Below are positions 41,585 through 51,312 of a stretch of DNA of 64,000 nucleotides, in pieces (position 1 is the stretch's first letter; every line of letters begins with the position of its first letter). The stretch spans positions 12,984-76,983 of the IMG/VR virus record IMGVR_UViG_3300033146_001643; one strand, 5' to 3'. Origin of the DNA: a virus. The notes beneath the pieces were generated by a model. The model worked only from the letters and a program-made list of their open reading frames with translations, was not told the DNA's origin and ran no database searches. The position numbers and the translations under genes were made by a program.

Positions 41585-41824
41585 AGTTGTTTCGGTGGTT
41601 GTTAGTTATTGGTTGGAAAAGCTATTGTTGGTTGGTGTTTTTAAGTGGGTAATAGTTGATGGTTATGTTGCGGTAGGGGTATAGCCTCCGAATTAAGTTC
41701 CCGCCCATCACATAATACCTATTTTAATCACCCACTTCTTACTAAGATACATTTCAAAACTAAATTTATTTATAATATATAGCTGTATTGTGTTTTTATT
41801 TTTGCGGTCTTTACAGCTTACGCT

Positions 41825-41864
41825 CCTCGAAGGCTAATCGGTATCACCTCGAAGGCTAATCGGT
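41825..41864. repeat. Direct repeat, 2 x 18 bp CCTCGAAGGCTAATCGGT
   Basis: Exact copies at 41825-41842 and 41847-41864 (22-bp period). Confidence 0.9.
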
Positions 41865-41960
41865 TACAAATCAGTGCTCCTCTGATAATACTGGTTTATA
41901 CCTTGTATGGTATAACTATTGTCTGAAAACACCTATAAACCATGGTGCAGCCAGAAATTT

Positions 41961-41999
41961 TTATAAAAGACACTAGCTAGTAGTTAGTGTCTTTTATAA
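41961..41999 (-). terminator. Intrinsic terminator-like long hairpin
   Basis: TTATAAAAGACACTAGCTA-G-TAGTTAGTGTCTTTTATAA, just after the stop of 42011-42367. Confidence 0.75.
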
Positions 42000-42010
42000 T
42001 TCCCTATATA

Positions 42011-42367
42011 TTACAAGAATAATAATGCATAGGAGTATTTCCCTCTTCGTGCTGTGCTACTAACTTTTAGGACTAATGTCCTCGAAGTAGTAGTTTCAAT
42101 TGTCAGTCCATCTAAATTGCCTGACAATATTATACCGTCCACGCTCATTGTAGTGTTTTCATCACCGCTAAATTGTATACGGTATTCCTTGTTAGCATTA
42201 AGTTGCAATGTTATCGTAGTAACATCGTTTCTTTTAACAATTCCAGAGAACCCTGTTAGCCAGATTCCTCTCCCTAAACTGCTAGCAACTGCATACTCGT
42301 CTAATTGTGCTGATGCACTTAGAGTAGTAATAATTGCCACTGCTAATAAAAATATATATTTATTCAT
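42011..42367 (-). CDS. Exported hypothetical protein (beta-sandwich-like)
   Basis: Signal peptide MNKYIFLLAVAIITTLSASA|Q. Confidence 0.7.
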   Translation of the reverse strand: MNKYIFLLAVAIITTLSASAQLDEYAVASSLGRGIWLTGFSGIVKRNDVTTITLQLNANKEYRIQFSGDENTTMSVDGIILSGNLDGLTIETTTSRTLVLKVSSTARRGKYSYALLFL

Positions 42368-42655
42368 TTGCTACATCGCTAGTAATGAACTAGTTTAATC
42401 CTACGATTACGATGTAGTTGATACTTATACCTGTATATTATAGACTTGTTCGTATGTTTCAGGTTGTACACGTATAAGTATTATTATAATTATACCGTCA
42501 ATCTCCAGTACAGGGATAAACAAGTTCGGCATATTTAAACTTCTGCTCTATTAATACATAGTTAATAGTAATACGCAGTTTAATATAGCGAGTGTAAAAT
42601 ACACCCCCACTCACGTTATTTATACTCCTGTGAGTTGGGGGGGGGGTAGAAAAAC

Positions 42656-43438
42656 TTAACGGATAACTTCTAAGTCTTTTCCTTTTATTAATTTACCAGC
42701 AAATTTGCTGACTAATTCTTCTTGTTTAGCCCATATAGAGCTAAGTCTTTTTTCGCTGCCTCCCATAGATGACAACATTTCTTCCACGTCTTGTAGAGTT
42801 TTAAGTGCTGTAGCAGCACTTTTCGGTAGTCTTGCAGCTGAGAAACTGCTTTCGTTATAATTCATATTTATTTGAGTGAACTCGTATACTCCAGTTTTTT
42901 CACTGGAATTATACTCTTCGCCTGCGATTCTAGCCTCAACAACTAGAGATATAGCACGTCCTTTTTCAAGTTTTATACCTCTATGTGAGATATATGATTT
43001 ATTCAAAATTACAGAAAATCCATTAGGGTAATCTGTACTTGTTTGAAGCGAGTCTCCCCAACCAAAATATTCTCTTCCATTAACTTCAATCGAGGAAATG
43101 GATTTACTATTCCCTGTAATGTTAGCTGCCCCGATAAAGTCATCTAGCATTTTATAAACATTGCCTTTGCAGGTAACGTTTATTTTTATACCAGATGTAT
43201 CTCTTCCTGTTTCAGGGTCGATATATTCTGGGAGTGGGAATACGTTGGAGATAACTCCGAGTAAAACTATTGATGACGATAATTTGTCATTATTTTTTAT
43301 AGAAGTTAATTCTTCTACATATTTTGAATACTCTTCAGTATTCAAGATAGCTTTCATTGACTCTAGGTGAGTCGCTTTGTTTTCAACGCTTAAAGTATTA
43401 AAAACTTCTACTGTTATTTTTTCTGCTAGTTCTGGCAT
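42656..43438 (-). CDS. Hypothetical protein, first gene of the minus (early) module
   Basis: 260 aa ORF next to the strand-switch region. Confidence 0.75.
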   Translation of the reverse strand: MPELAEKITVEVFNTLSVENKATHLESMKAILNTEEYSKYVEELTSIKNNDKLSSSIVLLGVISNVFPLPEYIDPETGRDTSGIKINVTCKGNVYKMLDDFIGAANITGNSKSISSIEVNGREYFGWGDSLQTSTDYPNGFSVILNKSYISHRGIKLEKGRAISLVVEARIAGEEYNSSEKTGVYEFTQINMNYNESSFSAARLPKSAATALKTLQDVEEMLSSMGGSEKRLSSIWAKQEELVSKFAGKLIKGKDLEVIR

Positions 43439-43859
43439 CTTTATTGGATTTTATGGTGAGTAATAACTCACCTGATTAAAAAATAGAATCGACTCTTTTT
43501 GCTACGACAAATGTAGCCCAGGTAGCCCTTTGCCTGTTATTTTACAATACCCAAAAGAAATATATGTAGACAACATATATTTAACATTAAACATGTAACT
43601 ATTAAGTACAACTATAAACTAACAACAAAATTGTTGTATGATTTATACTGCACCGTTTTCTCAGACAAATTAACTTGGCTAAGTAATTACACAATTTAAT
43701 GGCGAGGGTACTGTATCGCAAAATTTAGTAACGGTATACCACTAGGGTACTCACACTATACACACACGCATAAAAAATAAATACTTGCTAAAATTAAAAA
43801 AAATTTTTTTATACAGTGAAAACTATTATCTTTACAACAATATAAATGAACAATTAATT

Positions 43860-44615
43860 ATGCAAACACTTAAACAAGCAACTAAGACTACAACAGGCTT
43901 AGAATACAATGATAAACTCCATAAGTACTACTATAAAGGAAAGGAGTTAATATCAGTTACTACGTTACTAAAAGAATACGTAAAAGACTTTAATCCATTG
44001 TACCCAAGTATAAATGTTGCTAAAAAGAATAAAAAATTAAATATGCCTAATATAGATGCAGCTACTATACGGAAGATGTGGAGACTGCATGCTACTAGAC
44101 AACGTTGTATAGGAACAGCTACCCACACCTTTTTAGAACATTATGTATTAGATAATACTATAACACCAATTACTCCCTATGAAATAGCAGGAGTTAAAGC
44201 TATACAAGCTATAAGTAAGAATTGGGACATTCTCTCTACAGAGAAACGTGTTTATTCATTAGAATATGGTATAGCTGGGACATTAGACGTAGAAATAAGA
44301 CATAAAATAACCAGGCAACTAGGTATTGTTGATTGGAAAGTATCAACTAACTTAGATAAGGCTTATGGGAAGTTACTAAGAGAATTTAAACATTATAAAG
44401 CTAGTAAACATAACCAATATGTGATACAACTTAATATGTATGCTGTATTAGAAAATAAAGATATACCCAGTAATAATTTATTTATAGTACAACTGAGACC
44501 CGATAGTACATTTGAGGCAAGAAAAGCATTAATAGATAATAAGTGTATACGTACTGAAGTAACTAATGTATTAAAAAACCATAAATATCAAACTTCTAAA
44601 CTTTTAGATATATGA
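43860..44615 (+). CDS. PD-(D/E)xK exonuclease
   Basis: H.Y, ISVTTLL, GTATH, EKRVY, IAGTLD, IVDWK, QLNMY; likely start MQTL at 43860. Confidence 0.88.
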   Translation: MQTLKQATKTTTGLEYNDKLHKYYYKGKELISVTTLLKEYVKDFNPLYPSINVAKKNKKLNMPNIDAATIRKMWRLHATRQRCIGTATHTFLEHYVLDNTITPITPYEIAGVKAIQAISKNWDILSTEKRVYSLEYGIAGTLDVEIRHKITRQLGIVDWKVSTNLDKAYGKLLREFKHYKASKHNQYVIQLNMYAVLENKDIPSNNLFIVQLRPDSTFEARKALIDNKCIRTEVTNVLKNHKYQTSKLLDI

Positions 44616-44785
44616 TACCAATAATGGATATAGCTACTATATTAGATGATGCTGAATATATACATAGAATATATAATAAACAACTAGCAGTTATGCAAGA
44701 ACCTACAGGATATTCTATAGTAGGAATTATATATGCATCATCTATGTTACCTAGAGGTGCAAGAATTATAAAATTATTCTTATAA
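44612..44785 (+). CDS. Small hypothetical protein, 57 aa (missed by the ORF track)
   Basis: MIPIMDIATILDD...ARIIKLFL fills the gap exactly, with ATGA and TAATG overlaps. Confidence 0.7.
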   Translation: MIPIMDIATILDDAEYIHRIYNKQLAVMQEPTGYSIVGIIYASSMLPRGARIIKLFL

Positions 44786-45024
44786 TGGACTCGCAACTAA
44801 TAAAAACAGTATTAGAGAAGATAGCTGTTGAAGAAGGTATAGATTATAGTATAGTCAGGAATATAATGCTAGCCGAGTTTTCAGCTGTTAGACATGAACT
44901 TACGAAAGATATTGATATATTGGAGGATAAACAAATTCGTCTAGCTATGTTAGGAACATTTAAAATACATAAACTAGGTATAAAAAGATATTATAAACAA
45001 TTAGAAAGGGAGAAAAATGGATAA
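44785..45024 (+). CDS. IHF/HU-like DNA-binding protein
   Basis: 79 aa, two helices then IRLAMLGTFKI. Confidence 0.7.
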   Translation: MDSQLIKTVLEKIAVEEGIDYSIVRNIMLAEFSAVRHELTKDIDILEDKQIRLAMLGTFKIHKLGIKRYYKQLEREKNG

Positions 45025-45607
45025 TTTATTTGAAATAAACACAAAAAATATGATGGTAACAATAGCACCACAAGCATTACTAATGAAACCATTTGAGCTT
45101 ATTTGGGATAGAGATAAAACTAAAACTAAGAAAACTGCACTAAAGGAATTAACTTTTGTGTGGGGTATGGCATCTAAATCAAATAATAATATATGGAAGG
45201 AGTATAGAGATGAACATACTAGAGCTATATTAATAAAAGGGGATTTATTTGGCAAAACCTCTAACTGGAAGCCATCAACAGATATATTAAAAGCAATAGA
45301 TTTTTATAAAAGTCGTGAACCTATGACCCCTATGGATTTTTTATTAGAAGGAGCAGAAACTGCTATGATTAATTTAGGAAAACATTTGACTAATATTGAT
45401 TACGATGAACGTAATGAAAATACAGGGGCTTTATTGCAAGACCCTAAAAAAATACACTCTATAATACAAGGTATGGGGAAAACAGTTGAAGATTATGAAC
45501 GACTAAAAGAAATGATAGCTAAGGGAAAAACTAAACAAACTACAGTACGTGGGGGCGGCGAAATTGGTAGCTTTGAGGGTGCTGATAGTTTAAATGAATT
45601 TATATAG
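45017..45607 (+). CDS. Putative terminase small subunit
   Basis: Directly upstream of TerL; helical, with C-terminal VRGG..IG.FE. Confidence 0.5.
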   Translation: MDNLFEINTKNMMVTIAPQALLMKPFELIWDRDKTKTKKTALKELTFVWGMASKSNNNIWKEYRDEHTRAILIKGDLFGKTSNWKPSTDILKAIDFYKSREPMTPMDFLLEGAETAMINLGKHLTNIDYDERNENTGALLQDPKKIHSIIQGMGKTVEDYERLKEMIAKGKTKQTTVRGGGEIGSFEGADSLNEFI

Positions 45608-47801
45608 TATGAACAAGAAATTAAAACAACGTTATAGTCGAATATATGGAATAGAATTAGAGTTGGTAGAAAAAGTGTATACAATAGCAAGAAAATACGA
45701 TATTCACATATATGATGCCCTTACACTAATAAATCGCCACTCATACGCTATAGAAGCTAACGTAAATAAGTATACTTATGTAGAAAAGCTATCAAATTGG
45801 TATAGGGGCAAAAGATTATTAGTTAATACTAGTGCATATATACAAGCGGCTACTAACTACTCGAAAACAGGGAAATACACAAACGCTATAAAAAATAATC
45901 ACCCAAGTAGCGAATATATGAAATTCTGGACAGAGGAAGCTAGAAGATGCATATATGGTTATCATATAGGCACAGATTGGATACCTGGGTATTTTTACTT
46001 TTATCTCAATTATTCTCCAATAGAACTTGTAGTAGTAACTGATGATAGTGCTAAAGGTAATAAAGTAAGAGCAGAGAGGCAAACTGCTCTACCCGCGTTT
46101 TGGGACGGTGATTATTATTATTTTCATTACTTAGAGGAATGTGAAAGAACTGGTATGTCAGCCTCGGTACTCAAAGCTAGGGGGAGAGGGTATAGCTGGA
46201 AGGGAGCTTCCATGTTAGATAGAAATTTTTATCTAATACCTAAAAGTAAATCAATAGTGTATGCTAGTAGCAAAGAATATTTATCTGGTAATGATGGGAT
46301 ACTCACTAAAGCTTGGTCTATAATGCACCACATAGATACTAATACTGCATGGTCTAAACGTAGGCAAGTAAAAAATACTGATACACACAAAAGAGCTAGT
46401 TTACAGAAAACTGTAAACAATGTGAAAGTTGAGTATGGTTTTATGTCAGAAATATCTGGTGTTACTTTAGGAGACAATGTACATAAATTACGTGGTAAGA
46501 GGAGTAAATTAATACTATTTGAAGAAGCTGGGTCATTTAAAAATCTTATAACAGCATGGATAGTATCTAAGCCGTCTATAGAACAAGATGGTGCAGTATT
46601 TGGGTTGAGAATACCATTTGGTACTGGTGGTGAAGAAGGTAATGTATTTACTGGGTTGAAGGAACTATTTTATAAACCATTAGTACACGGCATTTGTGGA
46701 ATACCAAATTTGTGGAGTAAAAATTCGACACATATTAGAGTTGGCTGGTTTGTTCCTACATATATCAATATGTACGGATATTATGACAAAGATGGTAATA
46801 GCGATATAATTAAAGCTAAAGCATTTGTAGAACAGCAAAGGCAAGAAGCTATAGAAGCTAAAATGACCCCAAGCGATTATCAAAAGATGAAAGCTGAAAA
46901 CCCAATAATACCAGAAGATGCTGTATTACGAGCAATAGCTAGCCCATTTCCAGTAGAGCTTTTAACAGACCATTTAGGTAAATTAGAAACTGACACAGCT
47001 TATAGAGGAACAACTAGTGTGGGACAATTGTTAGAAACACCAGCAGGTGATATTTATTGGAAAGAGGATTTAAAGAATACAATTTCAATAATAGGTACTG
47101 ACGATATTAATGAATATAACCGAGTAGGTGGAATAGAAATATTTAATCACCCACCAAATAAGAAACCGCCTAATTATGCTTATATAATTGGAGTAGACCC
47201 AATTGACTTTGATATGAATGAAGTTGGTAAAAAATATTCCTTAGGGAGTACATTTGTGTTAAACACGTTTACTGAACAAATAGTAGCTGAATATACAGGT
47301 AGACCAGATAGTGCAGATACTTATTATGAGAATGTACGTAGGCTTGGTATTTATTATAATGCTAAAATAATGTATGAAAATAATATTAAAGGTATGTTTA
47401 CTTATTTTAAGAATAAATATTGTGAGCACATGTTAGCTTCTAAACCAACTATCTTACAAGATAGTGTAACTAATATGAGTATGGGGAATAGAAAATTCGG
47501 ATTTACTGCTACAAGTAATCAACACAGCTCTATTCTTAAATATGGTAGACAAGAAATTAAAAAGTGGTTAGAAAAATATATTGATGATGAGAATAGTATT
47601 AGAATATTGCACTCTATTAAAAGTACTGGTTTACTTAAAGAACTAATAGAATGGCACTATGATGGGAATTTTGATAGGGTAAGTGCATTAATAGCATTAA
47701 TGATATATTTGCAAGATACAACTAGATTACGTAAAAGTATAAAAGATAGTGTTATAGATATTAAAAAACAATCATTTTGGACTAAACCTTTTGCACAATA
47801 G
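45594..47801 (+). CDS. terL: Terminase large subunit
   Basis: LKARGRGYSWK, LRGKR, FEEAG, FGTGG, GVDPID, VAEYTGRP, YENN, GNFDRVSA. Start may be at 45609. Confidence 0.95.
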   Translation: MNLYSMNKKLKQRYSRIYGIELELVEKVYTIARKYDIHIYDALTLINRHSYAIEANVNKYTYVEKLSNWYRGKRLLVNTSAYIQAATNYSKTGKYTNAIKNNHPSSEYMKFWTEEARRCIYGYHIGTDWIPGYFYFYLNYSPIELVVVTDDSAKGNKVRAERQTALPAFWDGDYYYFHYLEECERTGMSASVLKARGRGYSWKGASMLDRNFYLIPKSKSIVYASSKEYLSGNDGILTKAWSIMHHIDTNTAWSKRRQVKNTDTHKRASLQKTVNNVKVEYGFMSEISGVTLGDNVHKLRGKRSKLILFEEAGSFKNLITAWIVSKPSIEQDGAVFGLRIPFGTGGEEGNVFTGLKELFYKPLVHGICGIPNLWSKNSTHIRVGWFVPTYINMYGYYDKDGNSDIIKAKAFVEQQRQEAIEAKMTPSDYQKMKAENPIIPEDAVLRAIASPFPVELLTDHLGKLETDTAYRGTTSVGQLLETPAGDIYWKEDLKNTISIIGTDDINEYNRVGGIEIFNHPPNKKPPNYAYIIGVDPIDFDMNEVGKKYSLGSTFVLNTFTEQIVAEYTGRPDSADTYYENVRRLGIYYNAKIMYENNIKGMFTYFKNKYCEHMLASKPTILQDSVTNMSMGNRKFGFTATSNQHSSILKYGRQEIKKWLEKYIDDENSIRILHSIKSTGLLKELIEWHYDGNFDRVSALIALMIYLQDTTRLRKSIKDSVIDIKKQSFWTKPFAQ

Positions 47802-47851
47802 CTAATTTATGCACACCTTATATATATAGTAAGATATAATATATTTGTAAT

Positions 47852-50158
47852 ATGAATAAATTTAAACATGTAGGCAGTACTAAGCTTAAAACTAAAAAAA
47901 CCATAATAGATTATGTTACTACATTAGAAACAGCAAGTACTACTGATATTTATACCAAGCGAAAAACAATTAAACAACGTAATGAAAATTACAATTTGGT
48001 TGTTGGAATCTTAGACAATGAGGCTTTAAAGAAAGCATTTAACCCTATGAATTTAGAAGGTGAGAATATTACTATACCTACTGGAGATGAGGTTATTCCT
48101 GTTATACACCCGAGTATTAATGCTTTGATTGGCGAAGCTTATGACAGACCTTTTGAATTTAGAGCTTATTTGACTAACCCTAGTGATATATCAACTAAAG
48201 AGGAAGAATTAAAATTACAACTTGATAATAAATTAAAAATATTAGTTAAAAACTCCGCTGTACAGGGAGAAGCATTAAAATTAGCATTAAATAAATTAAA
48301 ATATTGGGCAACGTACACATTCCAAGATGTGAGAGAACGTACAGCTAATCATAAATTAAAAGATTTAGTATTAGACCAAGATTTAATTAAAGTATTTAAA
48401 GATGGATTTAAAGATGTTATTGCTGTTAATGAGGAGCAATACCATATTGGTTTATATAATGGTAATGTTACTATTGAGAAAATAGAACCTAATGAGTTAG
48501 ATGTTTATCAATTAGGGCAGTCTAATAAAATTGAAGATGCAGGTATTCTAGTTTGGACTAGATATAGGTCTGCTAATAAAATTTTAGAGATGTATTATGA
48601 TAAATTAACTAAATCTGATATAGAGTACTTAATGGGGGATAAAACATCTTCTGATAATATTTTAGATAATTCATCTATAAAATCAGCTCCGATGGCAGCT
48701 GTTGACGAGCAAGAAATTGCTTACTTATCTGTTGATATAGAAAATAATACTATTAATAGTGATGATAATGTTTCACACAGAGCTGATGGAACATTTAGAG
48801 TACGAACAGTTTATTTTAGAACAACTAGGTTAGTTAAAGAAGTAACTGGATTAAATGAAAAAACTGGTATAGAAGAAACAAGATTAGAAGATGAGGCATA
48901 TACAATTACAACAAAAGAAAAAAGTGTTAATAGGTATATTAATGAATGGTATGAAGCTACTAGTATATCTAAAGATATATGGATTAACGTTCAACCTTGT
49001 CCAGTACAAGCAACTGATTTGAATAATTTAAGTATGAATAAGCCTCCTATTGTCGGTACTATATATTCTTATGGTAGTAGGATAGGAAAATCTATAGTAG
49101 ATATATTAAAACCAATCCAATATGAATGGACTATTTTTAGTAAAAAATTATCTTTGCTGTGGGCTAGGAACTGGGGGAAATTAGTAAAAATTGACGTTAG
49201 TAGAATACCTAAAGAGTTTTCATTGGACTTATTTATGAACTGGATTACCTCGTACGGCATTATAGTAGAAAACCCTTTTGAAGAGGGTAATAGAGGTGTA
49301 GCTGCTGGGTCTATGCGTGAAAGTGTAGGGGCAGTTGATGTAGGGTTAGGCAATGAAATTCAAGCAGCATTAGGGCATTTAATGTATCTAAAAGAACTAG
49401 CTGATGAGACTGTTGGTATTACTAGACAGCGTAGAGGTGAATTGATGGCTTCTGATGGATTAGGTACAACACAAGAAGCTATTACTAGGAGTAATAAAAT
49501 GACGGAAGAGCTATTTCAAGAGCATGATGCTGTTAGGCGTAGAGTATTAGAATTAGCGTTAGAGTATATAAAATTAGCCCTTAGAAATAAGACAGATAAA
49601 AAAGCTCAATATATATTAGATGATATGGCTACAGTTATATATGATACAGAAGGAGCAGGATTTACTGAAACTTCATTTGGTATTAGATTAACTAACAGTA
49701 CTAAAAGGTTACAACTAGAAGCTATATTCCAACAATTATCACATGCAGCTATGCAAAATGGTACTATTACTATTAGTCAAATAATGGAATTATATACTAC
49801 AGATAGTATGCGTGAAAAGATTAATTTGTTAAAAACAAAAGAAGAAGAAATTAGGATTCAGAAGCAAGAGGCGGAAAAAAGACAACAAGAGATGCAACAA
49901 AAAATGCAAGAAGCACAATTAAAGGATAATGAAGCAGCTAGACAAATTAAATTAGAAGAAGCTAAGATTAAAGCTGAAGCTACTATAGAGGTGGCACGTA
50001 TAAATGCAGAAGCTAGAATAACAGATGCTAGCATAGGAGCTAATATTTCAGAAAATAAAGAAGTAAATAATAGTATGCAACAAGCACAAGTTAATATGCA
50101 AAGACAACAAGAACATGCAGATAACTTGGCTATTAAGCAACAAAAATTAGCTAAATAA
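47852..50158 (+). CDS. Portal protein
   Basis: 768 aa after TerL; INALIGE, LKPIQY, GITRQRRG, Q/E-rich C-terminal coil. Confidence 0.9.
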   Translation: MNKFKHVGSTKLKTKKTIIDYVTTLETASTTDIYTKRKTIKQRNENYNLVVGILDNEALKKAFNPMNLEGENITIPTGDEVIPVIHPSINALIGEAYDRPFEFRAYLTNPSDISTKEEELKLQLDNKLKILVKNSAVQGEALKLALNKLKYWATYTFQDVRERTANHKLKDLVLDQDLIKVFKDGFKDVIAVNEEQYHIGLYNGNVTIEKIEPNELDVYQLGQSNKIEDAGILVWTRYRSANKILEMYYDKLTKSDIEYLMGDKTSSDNILDNSSIKSAPMAAVDEQEIAYLSVDIENNTINSDDNVSHRADGTFRVRTVYFRTTRLVKEVTGLNEKTGIEETRLEDEAYTITTKEKSVNRYINEWYEATSISKDIWINVQPCPVQATDLNNLSMNKPPIVGTIYSYGSRIGKSIVDILKPIQYEWTIFSKKLSLLWARNWGKLVKIDVSRIPKEFSLDLFMNWITSYGIIVENPFEEGNRGVAAGSMRESVGAVDVGLGNEIQAALGHLMYLKELADETVGITRQRRGELMASDGLGTTQEAITRSNKMTEELFQEHDAVRRRVLELALEYIKLALRNKTDKKAQYILDDMATVIYDTEGAGFTETSFGIRLTNSTKRLQLEAIFQQLSHAAMQNGTITISQIMELYTTDSMREKINLLKTKEEEIRIQKQEAEKRQQEMQQKMQEAQLKDNEAARQIKLEEAKIKAEATIEVARINAEARITDASIGANISENKEVNNSMQQAQVNMQRQQEHADNLAIKQQKLAK

Positions 50159-50180
50159 TAATAATAAATAACCACAAATT

Positions 50181-51281
50181 ATGGCAGGAGAAATTTCAGT
50201 ATCTATTAATGATGATACAGGAAGTATAACTACAGAAAATGTTACTACTTCAACAACACCGCAGACAGGAGAGAATTTAGAATTAGCTAATGATAAAACT
50301 GGGGAAACAAAATCCGCCCCAGAGAAACTTGAAGTAAGTTTACCAGATAAAGAAAATGCATCTAATAATACCGGAGGCGATAACGAAATTAGTAAAAATA
50401 ATTCTAATGATAATGTAGAAAAAAAAACAGACCAAGATTATGATGCAGCCGAGATATATAAGTATTTAGCAGATACTAATGTATTACCTATGATTGCTGT
50501 GGATAAAAATTTTGATTTTGAGGATTTAAGTACAGCTATTGAAACTAGAATTAATGACACAATAATTAGTAGAGAAAAACAATTTTTAGAAACTATGCCT
50601 AAAAAAGCAGCTGATTTATTTAGTCATTTACGTGCTGGTGGTGAGGTAAGTGATTTTCAAGCTGTACATAGTAATAGTTATAGCAATATACCAAAACAAT
50701 CATTAAAAGATGATACAGATTTACAAAATAGTATTATAACTGACTATTATAAAAAAACTACTAGTTGGGACGAAAAAAGTATTAAAACTGCTATAGATAG
50801 AATGAATACAGCAGGGAGTACCGAAAAGGAGTCAACTGCTATGTTAAAATTTTTACAGGATATAGAATTAGAAAATCAACGTGATTTAGCATATAATACT
50901 AAACAACAACAATTACAAATAGAGCAGCAACATAAAGAATTAATTAATAATGTTACTAATACTGTATTAAATACTAGAGACTTTTTAAATATCCCTTTAA
51001 ATATGGGGACTAAAAATAGGATATTAGATAATGTTATTAACGATGTTACTAGAAATAAATTAAATAGTAACTTCGAGAAATATAGAGTGCAGTTATCAAT
51101 GTTAGATGAGTTTGGCTTCTTTGATAACCCTTCTAAATTTTTACAAAACTTAGGGGTAGAACAAAAACAAAATGATGGTAATAAAAAACAATCTTATAAT
51201 ATGAAGAGAAGACCATCTATAATTACAAAAGGTAAAGTACGTAATTTAGATAAATTATTTGCTGACCCTTTTAAATATTAA
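50181..51281 (+). CDS. Scaffold-like acidic protein (conserved gene between portal and MCP)
   Basis: Synteny; disordered acidic N-terminus and coiled coil. Confidence 0.65.
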   Translation: MAGEISVSINDDTGSITTENVTTSTTPQTGENLELANDKTGETKSAPEKLEVSLPDKENASNNTGGDNEISKNNSNDNVEKKTDQDYDAAEIYKYLADTNVLPMIAVDKNFDFEDLSTAIETRINDTIISREKQFLETMPKKAADLFSHLRAGGEVSDFQAVHSNSYSNIPKQSLKDDTDLQNSIITDYYKKTTSWDEKSIKTAIDRMNTAGSTEKESTAMLKFLQDIELENQRDLAYNTKQQQLQIEQQHKELINNVTNTVLNTRDFLNIPLNMGTKNRILDNVINDVTRNKLNSNFEKYRVQLSMLDEFGFFDNPSKFLQNLGVEQKQNDGNKKQSYNMKRRPSIITKGKVRNLDKLFADPFKY

Positions 51282-51312
51282 TAGTTAAATATAAATTAAA
51301 AATCAATTTACA

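Noticed and set aside
40091-41864. Short repeats as a mini-CRISPR array
   Set aside because: Units are contiguous or only 4 nt apart, so there are no spacers. The PD-(D/E)xK gene is a usual phage nuclease and no cas genes are present.
43804-43834. Possible late promoter TTTT-N19-TATCTTTA
   Set aside because: Both boxes mismatch the consensus; position is plausible but support is too weak to call.
17244-47801. Introns or inteins in nrdJ, helicase, polA and terL
   Set aside because: Sizes are normal, motifs are contiguous, and there are no splice-junction or homing-endonuclease signatures.
47840-47847. TATATTTG box before the portal gene
   Set aside because: Only 4 nt from the ATG and no -33 TTTG at the right spacing; could be chance in AT-rich DNA.
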